DNA from: Candidatus Latescibacterota bacterium
GTDB taxonomy: Bacteria > Latescibacterota > UBA2968 > UBA8231
DNA length: 64,000 nt
Direction of reading: 5' to 3'
Assembly: GCA_964291625.2 (NCBI GenBank)
Contig: OZ220089.1
Span: forward strand, 2,720,001-2,784,000
Shown here: positions 63,354-64,000 of the stretch, one piece after another
Layout of the letters: the number at the start of each line of letters is the position of its first letter
Position numbering within the stretch: position 1 is the stretch's first letter
The notes under the pieces: generated by a model
Told to the model about the DNA's origin: nothing
Databases searched by the model: none
The model's input: the letters and a program-made list of their open reading frames with translations, nothing else
Program-made: the position numbers and the translations under genes

Positions 63354-63644
63354 ATGACGGCCCGAAATCCGGAACCCCATCGCGTGTGGACCGTCGCAGA
63401 GGCCAAAGCACGCCTGTCCGAAGTCCTGCGCCGGGCCGAAGAGGAAGGGCCTCAGCATATCGGCACGCGGAAGTCTTTCGTCGTGGTCCCCGCCCACGTA
63501 TGGGCCGAGAAGGAGTCGAGGCGCCAACCGATGGGAGAGTGGCTGGTAGCCAACGTGCCCCGCGGCGCGAACCTCGATATCCCCGCAAGCAGAGAGTCCC
63601 GGCGGGAGACTCCCTTCATCTCCGAAGCGAGGGAGATGGGGTGA
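63354..63644 (+). CDS. Phd/YefM-family antitoxin
   Basis: WTVAEAKARLSEVLRRAEEEGPQHI. Confidence 0.8.
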   Translation: MTARNPEPHRVWTVAEAKARLSEVLRRAEEEGPQHIGTRKSFVVVPAHVWAEKESRRQPMGEWLVANVPRGANLDIPASRESRRETPFISEAREMG

Positions 63645-64000
63645 GCGGGTTTCTTCTGGACACCAATGTGGTATCGGAGCTGACAAGGGACACACCCGAT
63701 CCGGGGGTCCTCGCTTTCCTGACCGAGCAGGACGACTTGTGGTTGTCCGCGATCGTGATGCATGAGCTGGAGTTCGGCCTGCAGCTGCTGCCGCCGGGAC
63801 GACGCCTGGACGGGTTGCGCTCGGCGCTGTCCGAGTTCATCTCGGCGTATGAGGACCGCATCCTACCCTTGGGAAGGACGGGCGCGGAGAGGGCCGCACG
63901 GCTCCGCGCGCAGGCACATCGCTCCGGTCGCGTCCTGGACGTGGGCGATGCGTTGATCGCCGGAACAGCCATGGTTCACGGCCTTTCGGTGGTGACGCGA
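63641..64000 (+). CDS. vapC: VapC PIN-domain toxin (runs off window)
   Basis: GTG overlapping the antitoxin stop; MSGFLLDTNVVSEL...HELEFG...DALIAGTA..HGL.VVTR. Confidence 0.88.
   Translation, partial: MSGFLLDTNVVSELTRDTPDPGVLAFLTEQDDLWLSAIVMHELEFGLQLLPPGRRLDGLRSALSEFISAYEDRILPLGRTGAERAARLRAQAHRSGRVLDVGDALIAGTAMVHGLSVVTR

Overview
High-GC bacterial window, roughly 70% GC by eye. Multiple PhyH dioxygenases, a sulfatase, enolase-superfamily enzymes, a FlgD-Ig protein and a C-terminal TWGGVKS motif suggest a Latescibacterota/Gemmatimonadota-like, possibly sponge-associated genome (inference). It carries ilvD, acnA, uppP, EPS/glycosyltransferase genes, many catabolic enzymes, a Gabija-like OLD+UvrD island, a PHP-ATPase (Ppl/TrlF-like)+AlbA_2 pair, a broken cysS next to an IS630 remnant, and six toxin-antitoxin loci. 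The most notable unexplained signal is a roughly 250-410 bp intergenic repeat present 7 times in the first 21.4 kb, all in one orientation. It folds into a long covarying stem with purine-purine (mostly G.A) mismatches around a CCC-GA-GC-GNA-GC-GA-GGG mini-hairpin, a ssDNA-type structure. All five TA loci in that region sit directly left of a copy, and most retain only the antitoxin. No transposase or integrase for the repeat is present in the window. No rRNA, tRNA or CRISPR array was seen.
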